From assembly GCA_964519305.1 (NCBI GenBank), contig CAZFHY010000007.1, forward strand, positions 83,427-147,426: DNA of 64,000 nucleotides, in the 5' to 3' direction. This DNA comes from Candidatus Undinarchaeota archaeon. Lineage in GTDB: Archaea > SpSt-1190 > JASMDC01. Position numbers and translations under genes: made by a program. The notes under the pieces were generated by a model. That model did not search any database. It had not been told where the DNA came from and saw only the letters and a list, made by a program, of their open reading frames with translations. Shown one piece after another: positions 19,852-29,797 of this stretch (within the stretch, counting starts at the first letter, position 1; each line of letters starts with the position of its first letter).

Positions 19852-20832
19852 TTACCTGTACCGTTCTACTGCGGACAATAGAACCGCCTGGATGAGCTGC
19901 TGATAGTCCTTACCTAGCGTACTCCAAGCATCGTAGTACGAACCGCTCTGGTGAATGGCGGCCATGGAGTTGAGCTCGAGTATCCATGGATTGCCGTCAT
20001 CATCAATTCTGAAGTCAACGCGAGCACAATCCCTGCACCCGAGCGCCTTAAAGGCAGCGACGGTGAGGTCCCGTACTTTCCCGGTCAGCTCGTCGGACAT
20101 ACGTGCTGGGCACACGTGGCTTGCGACACGGTCACGCTTGGTCTCGAACGAGAGGATGCGTGACGTCCCTTTCATGTTACCGAAGTCGATCTCGAGCACA
20201 GGGAGCGCCTTGGGAGGATCGTTACCGAGTACACCACAGTTGACCTCCATGCCGGAGATGAACCGCTCTACAAGGGCAGGTTGCTGGAACTCATCGATGA
20301 TAGCAGCAACAGCCTTCCGTAGGCTCGTCTCGTCCTCGACGACCTGTATCCCGAAGCTCGTGGACTCCATCTTGGGCTTTACGATGAGCGGGAAGATGAG
20401 CCCCTCCGTCAACGTATCATCAGGTGTATTGAAGAGCTGGAACGCGGGGGTAGGTAATCCGGCGCTCCTGAGAACTACCTTTGCCAGGTACTTGTCGAGC
20501 GCGATAGTGTGCGCTCTGGGTCCGGAGCAGACATATGGGATACCGGCCAGTTCGAGTATCGATGGTATGTGGGTGTACCTGCATTCGCCCTGGACGCCAT
20601 AGGCGAGGTTGAACACCATGAGGTCAGCAGGATCATCAAGGGAGGAAAGGAGGTTCTCCAGACGAGGGATCAGGTCCACGTCACCTTCGAGCACCGTTAC
20701 GTCGTGCCCGCCGGCGCTCAAGGCATTCTTGACCGCTTCGATATCCTCCTCTTTGTAGTACTCCTTGTTCTGCATTCCCAGCTGGCGAAGCCGTCGTGCC
20801 TCGGGCGTATTTCGGACGATTGCGATGTGCAT
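19852..20832 (-). CDS. ATP-grasp ligase, D-Ala-D-Ala ligase-like
   Basis: LELAGIPY, ALDKYLAK, FPLIVKP-ESTSFGI, LVERFISG-E, ARVDFRID, ILELNS; GAGGTGA RBS before ATG 20832. Confidence 0.9.
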   Translation of the reverse strand: MHIAIVRNTPEARRLRQLGMQNKEYYKEEDIEAVKNALSAGGHDVTVLEGDVDLIPRLENLLSSLDDPADLMVFNLAYGVQGECRYTHIPSILELAGIPYVCSGPRAHTIALDKYLAKVVLRSAGLPTPAFQLFNTPDDTLTEGLIFPLIVKPKMESTSFGIQVVEDETSLRKAVAAIIDEFQQPALVERFISGMEVNCGVLGNDPPKALPVLEIDFGNMKGTSRILSFETKRDRVASHVCPARMSDELTGKVRDLTVAAFKALGCRDCARVDFRIDDDGNPWILELNSMAAIHQSGSYYDAWSTLGKDYQQLIQAVLLSAVERYR

Positions 20833-20848
20833 AGGGTTCACCTCAAGG

Positions 20849-22048
20849 TCAGTTCGTTCTTTCGTACGAAACATATGTAGCGAGCAATGTCGCGGTGAGC
20901 ATGGAGCGCTGTATGAGCGAAGGCAAGTATAGACGTTCCTGCGGCGTGTGGTCGTCGAAGCCGATGGGGCCAAGACCGTCCAGCGTGGGAACACCGGATG
21001 ATCCGAACCAGCTCGAGTCCGCGGTGCCGGTACGACGTTCTTTCTGAACGTTCTGTTTTAGAGCTGCGGCCACGGACTGGATCCTATCGAGGAGGTAGCC
21101 CGTCCCTTCGTTCTCTGGCCAGGCTGGACGGAAGCTCGTGACCTTGAGCGAATTCTGGGCGCCGCTCACGGTCGGGATCGCACTGATCTGCTCCATGTCC
21201 TCCTTGATAGCTCTCTCGGATGCGGGATCCCAGAACCAGATGTCCACCAGGGCGGTCGCAGAGGATGGGACCGTGTTCCTGGCCTCACCTCCCCATGCTC
21301 GTCCCACGTTAAAGGCAGTTCCTGGATACTTCTTGTTAAGACCTTCAACCGCGATGATCTTGTGGGAGAGCTCTTCCAGAGCACTGGTCTTGAACGATTG
21401 GAGCAATCCTGCGTGAAAAGGTACTCCTTGTACATCCAGCTGGTAAGCGAGCTTGGCACGTCGCGAGACGACGACCTCTCCGTTAGGGCCTCCGCACTCG
21501 AAGTAGAGGGCAAACTCAGTGTTCCGGGCCAAGGGTTTGAAGAGAGGACGTGATGTGGTCGCTGCACGTTCCTCGTCACTGTTCAGCACGACTGTGATGG
21601 CCAGCCCGTCCATGAGTCCCGCGGCCTTGAGAGATTCTAAGGCTGCGAGCATGACGACGATCCCACCTTTCATATCGCTCGTACCGGGGCCGATCGCATA
21701 CTCTCCATTTATCGTGAAGGCGGGAAGGCGAGTGTAGTCCGTGTAGGTTGTGTCGGTGTGCCCTCCGAGAACGATCTGCTTACCGGCCATCCCGTTCGTA
21801 GCTACGAGATGGTCACCGAAACCACGGGCAGAATGACGTCTTACGGTCATCCCAAGGGCCTGAAGTCGCTGCTCGATGATCTCGTTTACCTTCTGAACAC
21901 CTTCGACCATCTCGGACCCGCATGGTATATCGACGAGTCTCTTGAGCGTCTCGATATGACGTTGTTGGTCATTCTCGAGCGTTGTGACGAGCTTTCCTAC
22001 TACCGATTGCGGAACGGTGATGATATCCTGTTCGGTCATGGACTTCAC
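20849..22048 (-). CDS. M20 family metallopeptidase (glutamate carboxypeptidase-like)
   Basis: GHTDT, GTSDMKGG, NSDEE, FECG, HAG, GTADS, DGLGP, HTPQE. Confidence 0.9.
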   Translation of the reverse strand: MKSMTEQDIITVPQSVVGKLVTTLENDQQRHIETLKRLVDIPCGSEMVEGVQKVNEIIEQRLQALGMTVRRHSARGFGDHLVATNGMAGKQIVLGGHTDTTYTDYTRLPAFTINGEYAIGPGTSDMKGGIVVMLAALESLKAAGLMDGLAITVVLNSDEERAATTSRPLFKPLARNTEFALYFECGGPNGEVVVSRRAKLAYQLDVQGVPFHAGLLQSFKTSALEELSHKIIAVEGLNKKYPGTAFNVGRAWGGEARNTVPSSATALVDIWFWDPASERAIKEDMEQISAIPTVSGAQNSLKVTSFRPAWPENEGTGYLLDRIQSVAAALKQNVQKERRTGTADSSWFGSSGVPTLDGLGPIGFDDHTPQERLYLPSLIQRSMLTATLLATYVSYERTN

Positions 22049-23364
22049 TCACGAATGTAATCCGGGTCACGCTTCTCATCATCGTAGTCCATAACAAGAC
22101 CTTGCCACGAGCGGAACCTTGCCTTGCCGTTGGCGTTGATGTTCAACAGGTAGTTGGGCATTACGGGTGTCTTGCCCCTGCCCATGGGCAGCGTGCAGAT
22201 GTAGGTGGGCACAGCGAGACCTGATGTGTAGTTACGCAGGTACTCCATGATGTTGTACCCGTCCTGAATGCTCGGCCTGAAATGCCGGATGCCCTCGAGC
22301 ATCTTGCAGTTGAAGATGTAGTACGGTCTGACTTTGACCGTCAGGAGCTCCTGGCACAACTTCTTCATTACATGGCGGTCGGTGTTGATGCCCCGCAGGA
22401 GAACGCTCTGGTTCCCGAGCAGGATACCAGCACGAGTGAGCTTATCGCACGCCTCGGCGACCTCGTTGGTGATCTCTTTTGGATGGTTGTACTGTGTGTT
22501 GAGGTAGAGCGGATCGTGCGTGGAGAGCATCTCGCACAGGTCGTCGGTGACCCGCATGGGGAGCACACAAGGCATCCGGCTCCCTAGACGCTTGATCTCA
22601 ACGTGAGGGATGGCATCCAGTTCACCGAGGATCCAATCGAGCCTATCGTTCGTGAGAGCGAACGCGTCACCACCGGTGATGAGAACGTCCCTTATCTCTT
22701 CGTGCTCCTTGACGTAATCCAGGGCCATTGAGATGTCCTTCTTCGAATAGAGAAGGTTCTCGTGGCTTATGTGTCGACGCCTGAGACAGTGGCGACAGAA
22801 CATCGCACAGGCGTTAGTGACGTTGATGATGAGCCGGTCAGGATAGAGTCGGGTTGTGAGCGGGGCCGGTGAGTTGTACAGGACGGTCTCGGGGTCCTTC
22901 TCGACGGTCGTATCCAGTACCTCATTCACTATCGGAACGCTCTGCATCCGTACGGGACACTTACGGTCCTTCCTATCCATGAGACTGGCGTAGTATGGTG
23001 AGACGCCCCAGCGGTACATCTCTTCTACATCTTTGATATGGCCCTGTTCCTCCGTGGTGAGCTCGATGATACGGGCGAGCTGGTCCACGCTCCTTATGGT
23101 GTTGCGCAGATGCCATCGCCAGTCCTTCCAGTCATCGTTCGTCCCACCGAGCACATCGAGGATGAGCTTCTTGTTCTTCTCGTACTCGGCCGCGAGCTTT
23201 CTGCCGGTCGGGATCGAGTCCTTGACCGCCAGATAGTCGGCAATGGACTCCTTGTACGACTCACATCGTTCGAGGGCATACTTACGCTTCTCGGGAGTGA
23301 TGTGGAGCATGGTCTTCTCAACGGGTACGAAAGTCGAATCGGAGGTATCGTCCTTTTTCACCAT
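22045..23364 (-). CDS. eam: KamA family radical SAM aminomutase, glutamate 2,3-aminomutase (Eam)-like
   Basis: CAMFCRHC, YPDRLIINVTN, RDVLITGGD, NQSVLL, PLP-Lys in GRGKTP; Eam-type N-terminal extension (ALERC..YK..I.DYL); no C-terminal Zn cysteines. Confidence 0.85.
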   Translation of the reverse strand: MVKKDDTSDSTFVPVEKTMLHITPEKRKYALERCESYKESIADYLAVKDSIPTGRKLAAEYEKNKKLILDVLGGTNDDWKDWRWHLRNTIRSVDQLARIIELTTEEQGHIKDVEEMYRWGVSPYYASLMDRKDRKCPVRMQSVPIVNEVLDTTVEKDPETVLYNSPAPLTTRLYPDRLIINVTNACAMFCRHCLRRRHISHENLLYSKKDISMALDYVKEHEEIRDVLITGGDAFALTNDRLDWILGELDAIPHVEIKRLGSRMPCVLPMRVTDDLCEMLSTHDPLYLNTQYNHPKEITNEVAEACDKLTRAGILLGNQSVLLRGINTDRHVMKKLCQELLTVKVRPYYIFNCKMLEGIRHFRPSIQDGYNIMEYLRNYTSGLAVPTYICTLPMGRGKTPVMPNYLLNINANGKARFRSWQGLVMDYDDEKRDPDYIRE

Positions 23365-23465
23365 CAGCGTTACACCGTGCCGTTGGCCTGTGACTCAGGC
23401 CTGATGGGGACCTTGAGACATAGCGTGGTATAAAAGGTTGTCGTTGGTGCCCTGAGCACGGTGGC

Positions 23466-24251
23466 TCAGAAGTAGCGTTCTAGGTGCTCTCGGGACGTCA
23501 CGGCGTCCTCGATGCCGTAACCGTCACGCATCTCGAGGTTAACGGCCCTGAGATGGGGGAGCGCCGCCACTTGGCGATAGACATCATCGGGAAGGGCGCC
23601 GGAGACCGGTTGATGGAGGTCCGTCGTTCCATCGTTGTCGTGCATGTGCACGTGGATGGTGTATTCTCCCAGAGCCTCGATGAACTGCTCGAAGGGAATG
23701 TTGTGGATTTGGGACGCGACGTAGGCATGTCCCACGTCCAGGCAGACGTATGGTTCGTACCCTTCGTCACGGAGGTCCTCGATCAGGCCACGCACTTCCC
23801 ATGGGGCCGTGTACGAGGTGCCCTCACCATGGATCAACGGGACCTCGTTCTCGATAGCGATATCGATACCGCATTCTTGGGCTGTGTCGAGTATCTCCCG
23901 GGCGCATGACAGGAAGTTCTCCCTCCTCTCGATGTAATCGACACCCTCTGGAGGCCTCCCCTCGACATGGAGCACAGCCACCTCGGCGTTCCCGGCGTAG
24001 GCGTGGAGCCACGACTTAATCGCATCAGTGCTCATCCCACGAGTGAAGGGATCAGGGTCCGTCAGATGGATGCCACGGAAGGGAAGATGGATCGAGTAGA
24101 CCTCCCGATCGATGCCGTCAGGGAGGTGGTAGGGGATGACCTCGACATCGAATCCTTCGGTGTAGAGCGATTCGAGACCTGAGTCGAGGTCGAAGTCGAT
24201 AGTGGATGAGGCGGCGTATCGAACACCAGATCGTTCATAGCCAGCTTCCAC
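23466..24251 (-). CDS. Sugar phosphate isomerase/AP endonuclease 2 TIM-barrel protein
   Basis: SIHLP, IAIEN, CLDVGHA, HVHMHDNDG.DLH, NLE. Confidence 0.85.
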   Translation of the reverse strand: MEAGYERSGVRYAASSTIDFDLDSGLESLYTEGFDVEVIPYHLPDGIDREVYSIHLPFRGIHLTDPDPFTRGMSTDAIKSWLHAYAGNAEVAVLHVEGRPPEGVDYIERRENFLSCAREILDTAQECGIDIAIENEVPLIHGEGTSYTAPWEVRGLIEDLRDEGYEPYVCLDVGHAYVASQIHNIPFEQFIEALGEYTIHVHMHDNDGTTDLHQPVSGALPDDVYRQVAALPHLRAVNLEMRDGYGIEDAVTSREHLERYF

Positions 24252-24353
24252 GGCATCTGCGGGCTTTGCATCTCCTATTTATACCTTATCCGGGTAAGGA
24301 AATATGGGTCCTTCAGTTTCGAAGGTAGAGGCCCATGCACCGTACGTGGATGA

Positions 24354-25778
24354 ATGCCCATGACGCTCGACGTTGCCGTCATCAATCCTCCGCCACCCAC
24401 ACAGAACTGCATCTCCAAAGAGGGCAGGTGCGCGGGGAGGGGATTCCTGCCCCTCATCCATCTTACTCCGTTATCGCTCCTCTATCCGGCAGCGGTCATC
24501 GAGGCCCAGGGGCATAATGTCAGCGTGCATGACGGCGTAGCCTCCGGACCGTTACCGATCGATGCTATCGATGCGGACCTCGTTCTCGTGAACATATCGC
24601 CCGCATCGTACACCATGGACATGGAGTTCGTCAAAACGGTGAAGGAACAGAGGAAGGATACTCTTGTCGCGGCCCTGGGCACGCTCGCCACATCAAGGCC
24701 GGACCGTATTCTGGCCGATGGTGCAGACATGGTGCTCCGCGGAGAGATCGAGTCGACCGTCGCCGAGGTCACACGACGGCTCGTGAGCGGACGAAAGCTG
24801 GTTGGAGTGCCCGGCCTGTCCATCCGTTCCGGTGGTAGGATAGTGCACGGCGGTGATGCGGTGCGTCCGGACCTTGATGCCCTCCCCTACCCTGCACGAC
24901 ATCTCATCGAACGGGACAACTACCGGTTCCTCTTCACGGGTGACATAACCACTTCGATTCTCACTGGACGAGGTTGTCCGCACCGATGCACGTTCTGTGC
25001 CTCGAGCATCATCAACGGTACTCGGACGCGTGACAGGGACCCAAGGTCGATCGTCGAGGAGATCAGGTACGTGCATGAACACGATGGTACGAACCACTTC
25101 ATCCTGTATTCCGATACGTTCAATGCCTCACGAAGGTTCGTCCTCGATCTGTGCGATGAACTCCTACGCGAGGACATGGACATCGAATGGGCCTGCAACA
25201 GCAGAGCTGATGGTCTTGATGACGAAGTACTGGAGCGAATGTCACGTGCGGGTTGCAGGCATGTAACGATCGGGGCCGAGTCAGGGTCCGATGAGATACT
25301 GAAGCGTGCGTGCAAGGGAGAGACCACGGCCATGGTCCATGATGCCGTAGAAGCGTGCTCACGTGCCGGTATCGATGCGTTGGTGTACTTCATATTAGGT
25401 CTTCCCGGAGAGACACGTCAAACAGTACAGGAGACCCTGGACTTCGCAGCATCTCTGAGTACGGACTACGTCATGTTCTCAACGGCGACACCGTACATCG
25501 GGACACCATTCGCGAAAGAGGTCGGCTTCGACAACGACGACCTCGATCTACAGCGTGACGAGGTCAATGCGATCGTGGACTCGGACGCCATCGGGATAAC
25601 TCCCCAAGAGATCCAGGAAGCGGTCAAGGAGTCTTACATCAGGTTCTATATGAGACCGAACACCGTAGCGAACCATGCATCACGCATAGTCCGAAGCCCG
25701 AAGATGCTCGGTACGACCGTCACAACAGCTGCGGGTATGGCGCGGTACATACTTGGTATGGACGTGTCCGATGAGTGA
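24354..25778 (+). CDS. B12-binding-domain radical SAM protein (HpnJ/BchE-like)
   Basis: RGEIE, LDALPYPARHL, GRGCPHRCTFC, GAESG, FILGLPGET. Confidence 0.9.
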   Translation: MPMTLDVAVINPPPPTQNCISKEGRCAGRGFLPLIHLTPLSLLYPAAVIEAQGHNVSVHDGVASGPLPIDAIDADLVLVNISPASYTMDMEFVKTVKEQRKDTLVAALGTLATSRPDRILADGADMVLRGEIESTVAEVTRRLVSGRKLVGVPGLSIRSGGRIVHGGDAVRPDLDALPYPARHLIERDNYRFLFTGDITTSILTGRGCPHRCTFCASSIINGTRTRDRDPRSIVEEIRYVHEHDGTNHFILYSDTFNASRRFVLDLCDELLREDMDIEWACNSRADGLDDEVLERMSRAGCRHVTIGAESGSDEILKRACKGETTAMVHDAVEACSRAGIDALVYFILGLPGETRQTVQETLDFAASLSTDYVMFSTATPYIGTPFAKEVGFDNDDLDLQRDEVNAIVDSDAIGITPQEIQEAVKESYIRFYMRPNTVANHASRIVRSPKMLGTTVTTAAGMARYILGMDVSDE

Positions 25779-25796
25779 CACTGTTGTGGGTAAGCG

Positions 25797-26918
25797 TCAT
25801 CGTCGTCGTCTGATCGACCGTGATACGGTCACATCGTGCCCATCAAGCTCGAACTCGTCCTCGGCACCATGGTCCCTGTTGGCGCGCCAGTAGGTGGAGA
25901 GGTCCTGTATGAAATCGGTCGGCTGCCGCAGTGGATCCTCTTCATACTTGGTGGCCATATCAGCGACCTTGACGAAGGGCTTGTACTTATTGGCATGGTG
26001 ACCGGACCCGAACTGGATGTCAAGTCCCTTGTCCGAGAGCGTTGGCTTGAAGAAGTTACAGGCGTACACGTCCGCCCCGGACTCGGGCATGAGCTCCTCG
26101 ATGGCCTTTAGAGCGGTCCTTTCGACATGGGGATCGAAATCGATGTTGGAGACGATGAGGTCGTACTGTACCATCTCGCCTTGTGCTTTCTTTTCTGCAA
26201 AGGCGTCGTGATCACCGAGGGCATAGGGCTTGAGGTCGTCACCACGATCGAACTTGACCGCAGCAATGCGCACGTACCAGTCCTTACCTATACGCTCCTT
26301 GTAGGCGTCATCTATGCAGATGAACGAATCGTGGTCGCCAAGGTGATGTCTGAGGCCCCCGGAGCTCTCTGCTTTCTCTCGCACCTTCTGGACAGTATAG
26401 GGTTTGTCGATCGGTTTGGCTATGTGTTCGGTCTGTTCGACCTCGTCCCATTTGACGGAGCGTCCGACGACACGGTAGCCGTCACCATTGCGCTCCATAT
26501 CCTCACCGGTCGGGTACAAGGCTATGGGGTCGTTGCTAAGGCCGAGCTTGCCAATGCGTCGCATGTCCTTCTTCAGGTCACGGTCCTTGGGAGCATGAGC
26601 GTAGATCCTGATCACTCCGAGCTCGCCCTCTGAATCCGTGTACACACAGTCGACATTGCCCCAGGTCGAAGTGGACATGCGTTTGAGGTCCACGCCGAAG
26701 GCCATTGAATCTACGTCCTTTCCGACTATCGAGGATGCATCGTCGACGAGCTCGTCTATGAGACCGTCCTTGCTCTCGGCATAGGTCGAAGCAGAGACCG
26801 CGGACGTTATGAGGTGTGGCTTATCGGAGTACGGGACGAGCTTACGCTCGAGGTAGTCCTCACCCTCGGGCTCGAGCTCATCGAGTCCTCCGTACAGCAT
26901 GATGATGTGACGGGCCAC
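25797..26918 (-). CDS. Hypothetical protein, possibly a degenerate ApgM/alkaline-phosphatase-superfamily derivative
   Basis: 373 aa ORF with a TTTAATA promoter; weak motif-order resemblance to iPGM. Confidence 0.7.
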   Translation of the reverse strand: MARHIIMLYGGLDELEPEGEDYLERKLVPYSDKPHLITSAVSASTYAESKDGLIDELVDDASSIVGKDVDSMAFGVDLKRMSTSTWGNVDCVYTDSEGELGVIRIYAHAPKDRDLKKDMRRIGKLGLSNDPIALYPTGEDMERNGDGYRVVGRSVKWDEVEQTEHIAKPIDKPYTVQKVREKAESSGGLRHHLGDHDSFICIDDAYKERIGKDWYVRIAAVKFDRGDDLKPYALGDHDAFAEKKAQGEMVQYDLIVSNIDFDPHVERTALKAIEELMPESGADVYACNFFKPTLSDKGLDIQFGSGHHANKYKPFVKVADMATKYEEDPLRQPTDFIQDLSTYWRANRDHGAEDEFELDGHDVTVSRSIRRRR

Positions 26919-27063
26919 TTTACCTGTATTTAAACGTTCCCACGGGCGAGTGGTGGCACGCTCGCGTCCATCGACCTTTCACATTCTGCTCGATTAGAAT
27001 AATGGGATAATCAGAGCTAAGGAGCATGAAGGTGAGAAGGAGGGAAGACCCTCCTCCTCTGTA

Positions 27064-27181
27064 TCCCGCCGCCCGGATTTGAACTGGGGACATCCTGGTT
27101 GCTGTACGAACACCGGCTACCAGCAAGCACCCGTGGTGCTCGCCTACAGCCAGGCGCTCTGCCAGACTGAGCTACGGCGGG
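27064..27181 (-). tRNA. tRNA-Tyr(GTA) with a 44-nt intron at 37/38 (intron 27100..27143)
   Basis: Acceptor CCCGCCG/CGGCGGG plus A73 (C1:G72 archaeal identity), anticodon arm CCTGG-CTGTAG|A-CCAGG, TTCAAAT loop; CTGT/ACAG BHB central helix; one A-C mismatch in the T stem; TATA-like TTTTTTAAA upstream. Confidence 0.95.
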
Positions 27182-27220
27182 ACTGACTAGTAGTGCGAGG
27201 ACGTATAGGTTTAAAAAAGC

Positions 27221-28801
27221 TTACTCCTCGGCAGCGCCTTCCCACGATACGGGATTGGACTCTATCTCGAGCTTTCTCCCATCAGGTCGGTTGTGGAGGA
27301 TCCGTGCTGGCGGTAGGTCTACAGTACCGATGACCTCGATAACGCTGGTCATCGAATAGGAGAACACGCGCTCCTCCTTTGGCTCCAGTCTTTCGACGGT
27401 CCATATGACTTCGGTCCACTGTTCACCCCTTTGGATGGTGGTCGGTTTCAAAGTTGGGAATGACTTAGAGACCTTTGCCATGAGCGGTACGCGATCGACC
27501 ACGTTCACGTTCTCAATAGCACGCTCAGAGAAGTTGCGCAAGTGGATGGTGATGGACGCGATGGCCTTACGACCCCTCTTATCCTTCTTGATGGATATCT
27601 CTTTCTCGAGCGTGAGCGCTCTGCTTGTCTGGAGCACGAATATTGCCGCCAGTACGATAGCTACGGTCACTGCGAGGAATGGGATGTATGATACTTCTGC
27701 CCGTACCTCGGCTTCCTCCAGGGGATCGAGAGAAACCTCCCACACGTACAGGTAAGCATTACGCTCTGCGACCTTGCGTGTAGGACGGGGTTCTGCGATG
27801 GTGAATATGTCAAGGTACCACGGGATGCGCTCTTGTACAGTATATACCGTGGGTGTATTCCCCTTGTTGCGTAACCTGTAGGTCGTCTTCTTACGCATCA
27901 TCTCCTTCTCGATGACGGGGAATACATCGACACCGCTCTTGCTACCGACAGTGAAACCAAGTGTCTCGGGACCGATGGTGAGCCCTCCGGCCATGACCGA
28001 AACCGTGATGGAGTAATCACCCGGGGCTATGTCCGGTTCAAGGGTCACCGAGTGCGAGGCGCTCAGTGTACCCCCGTCCTTGTGAACTGTCACAGGCGTC
28101 CTTCTGATGATGGGGGGGATAATATCGCCATTGATGTCAACGATCTGCACGTCCACATCAAGGCTACCCACTTCGATGTTAACTGCGTTCTCCACGATGA
28201 TGCCGATATCAATGCCATCTTCGGGATAGAATGGACCAGGATCACGGAGAGAGATGCTAAGCGAAGGATTGAACACAGGCACAGGTGTCGGAACAGGAGT
28301 GGGTGTGGGCGTGACAACGACGACCGTCACTTCCACACGTTCGATGATCTCAGGAGTAGGTTCTGGAAGTGGCGGTGGGAGGACCTGGACATAGAACTCG
28401 TCCTCGGAACGGGATTCGGCAATAAGGTTGCGGCTCGAATTGTAATGACGAGCTATCATTGAAACGGAGAAGACGTATGTATATGTCCGCGTCCCGTTAG
28501 GGGGGAGGATTCTAAGGATGTTCTTTCCCCTGCGACCGCTCGATGCCAATCTGAACGAGTGATCTATACTTGGACGGATCCATGTGGGGTATGCACCTTT
28601 CGGCGTGAGTACGATCTCCATAGAACCATTGTAACGGTTCTCGACCACGACCTCAAAGGTCGCCTCTTCGCCTGGTATAACGGCGCCCTTGATGGCCTTC
28701 ACGGACAATCTCACTGTGTCGACCTTTTCGACCGATGCGCAGAATGTTGAGAGCACCAGCACTAGAACGAACAGGAGGCGTGCCCGATGCATCGGTCGCA
28801 A
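27221..28801 (-). CDS. Secreted Ig-like-domain membrane protein (COG1470-like)
   Basis: Signal peptide, PGEEATFEVVVEN, PT linker, TM helix, cytoplasmic beta domain. Confidence 0.85.
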   Translation of the reverse strand: MRPMHRARLLFVLVLVLSTFCASVEKVDTVRLSVKAIKGAVIPGEEATFEVVVENRYNGSMEIVLTPKGAYPTWIRPSIDHSFRLASSGRRGKNILRILPPNGTRTYTYVFSVSMIARHYNSSRNLIAESRSEDEFYVQVLPPPLPEPTPEIIERVEVTVVVVTPTPTPVPTPVPVFNPSLSISLRDPGPFYPEDGIDIGIIVENAVNIEVGSLDVDVQIVDINGDIIPPIIRRTPVTVHKDGGTLSASHSVTLEPDIAPGDYSITVSVMAGGLTIGPETLGFTVGSKSGVDVFPVIEKEMMRKKTTYRLRNKGNTPTVYTVQERIPWYLDIFTIAEPRPTRKVAERNAYLYVWEVSLDPLEEAEVRAEVSYIPFLAVTVAIVLAAIFVLQTSRALTLEKEISIKKDKRGRKAIASITIHLRNFSERAIENVNVVDRVPLMAKVSKSFPTLKPTTIQRGEQWTEVIWTVERLEPKEERVFSYSMTSVIEVIGTVDLPPARILHNRPDGRKLEIESNPVSWEGAAEE

Positions 28802-28850
28802 ATGGGTACCGAAGCTTTAAATGCTTACCCGGGACCCCGGTCTCTCGGTT

Positions 28851-29786
28851 CTACCCTGTCAGGGAGTAGGACACTTCGACGTCCCTGTCCTGATAGAGCC
28901 ACACTTCTTCAAGAGAGACCGTAATGGCCTTCTGCGTGCCGCGGAGGTTGCTTAGAGAGCTCTCCTTCAGTGGAAGGATTATCCTGACCTGGAACTCGTC
29001 ATTGTCGAACGAGACGTTCTCTAGCGTCACCTTGTTGTCCAGGACCTTGCACATCTTGGTGGATGTAGCGTCCTCGTACTCGCACGTGCTCTTGGTAAGG
29101 TCGAAGTCGTCGGCACGGGGCACGTTCACGATCATCCGGGGGATCTTGTCCTCAAGCACACCGCTGTTATCGGTGATGCCCTTCTTGACCGTGATCTCGA
29201 TCGACACCTCGGCATCCTTGTCGAGGGGGACCTCCTTAGGATCGACCTCGATTACGATGGGTACGATCTCGGAAGTAGTGGTCGTAGAACCGCTCTCTTT
29301 TGTGTCTGCAGAATCGGCTATCTTGAAGGTATTTGCGGCCTTCACAGAAGTCTTGTACTTGACACGTACCTTAAGCTTCTCGGGATTCATGGCGGGAACG
29401 AACTCGGTCTTGGCCTTGACCGCGACGTTCCACTTCTCATCGTCCTCGTCACCGTTCTTCATGTTAAGGGCGATGGTCTTCCACATGTTACCCTTATCGA
29501 TCTCCATGTTCACGGGGTCCGTGAGTACAAGGGCCTTAACATCCTCGATGGCGTCAAGAAGTCCGTTCTTGACAGCGATCTTCAGCTTGATCCGGTCACC
29601 GGGCTCGGGATTGGAGGGCACGACCGAGGACGTCACCTCTACATCTCCGGCAAAGTTGGTGGTCTTACTTGTACCCGTTCCGGATCCTGTGGTCGTACCA
29701 CCGCCAGCACCCTGCTGACAGCCTGCCATGAAGACAAGACCGCAGAGCACGACCGTGATGATGCAAACGTCCTTTATTGATGCCAT
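28851..29786 (-). CDS. Lipoprotein, paralog of 29798..30754
   Basis: Lipobox FMAGC, G/T linker; shared VKNGLLD.IEDVKA and NPE..KVR. Confidence 0.85.
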   Translation of the reverse strand: MASIKDVCIITVVLCGLVFMAGCQQGAGGGTTTGSGTGTSKTTNFAGDVEVTSSVVPSNPEPGDRIKLKIAVKNGLLDAIEDVKALVLTDPVNMEIDKGNMWKTIALNMKNGDEDDEKWNVAVKAKTEFVPAMNPEKLKVRVKYKTSVKAANTFKIADSADTKESGSTTTTSEIVPIVIEVDPKEVPLDKDAEVSIEITVKKGITDNSGVLEDKIPRMIVNVPRADDFDLTKSTCEYEDATSTKMCKVLDNKVTLENVSFDNDEFQVRIILPLKESSLSNLRGTQKAITVSLEEVWLYQDRDVEVSYSLTG

Positions 29787-29797
29787 CCTAAGTCACC

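Noticed and set aside
19852-20832. True Ddl implying peptidoglycan synthesis
   Set aside because: It lacks the N-terminal GG.S.E motif, there are no mur genes, and its context is an aminomutase and a peptidase.
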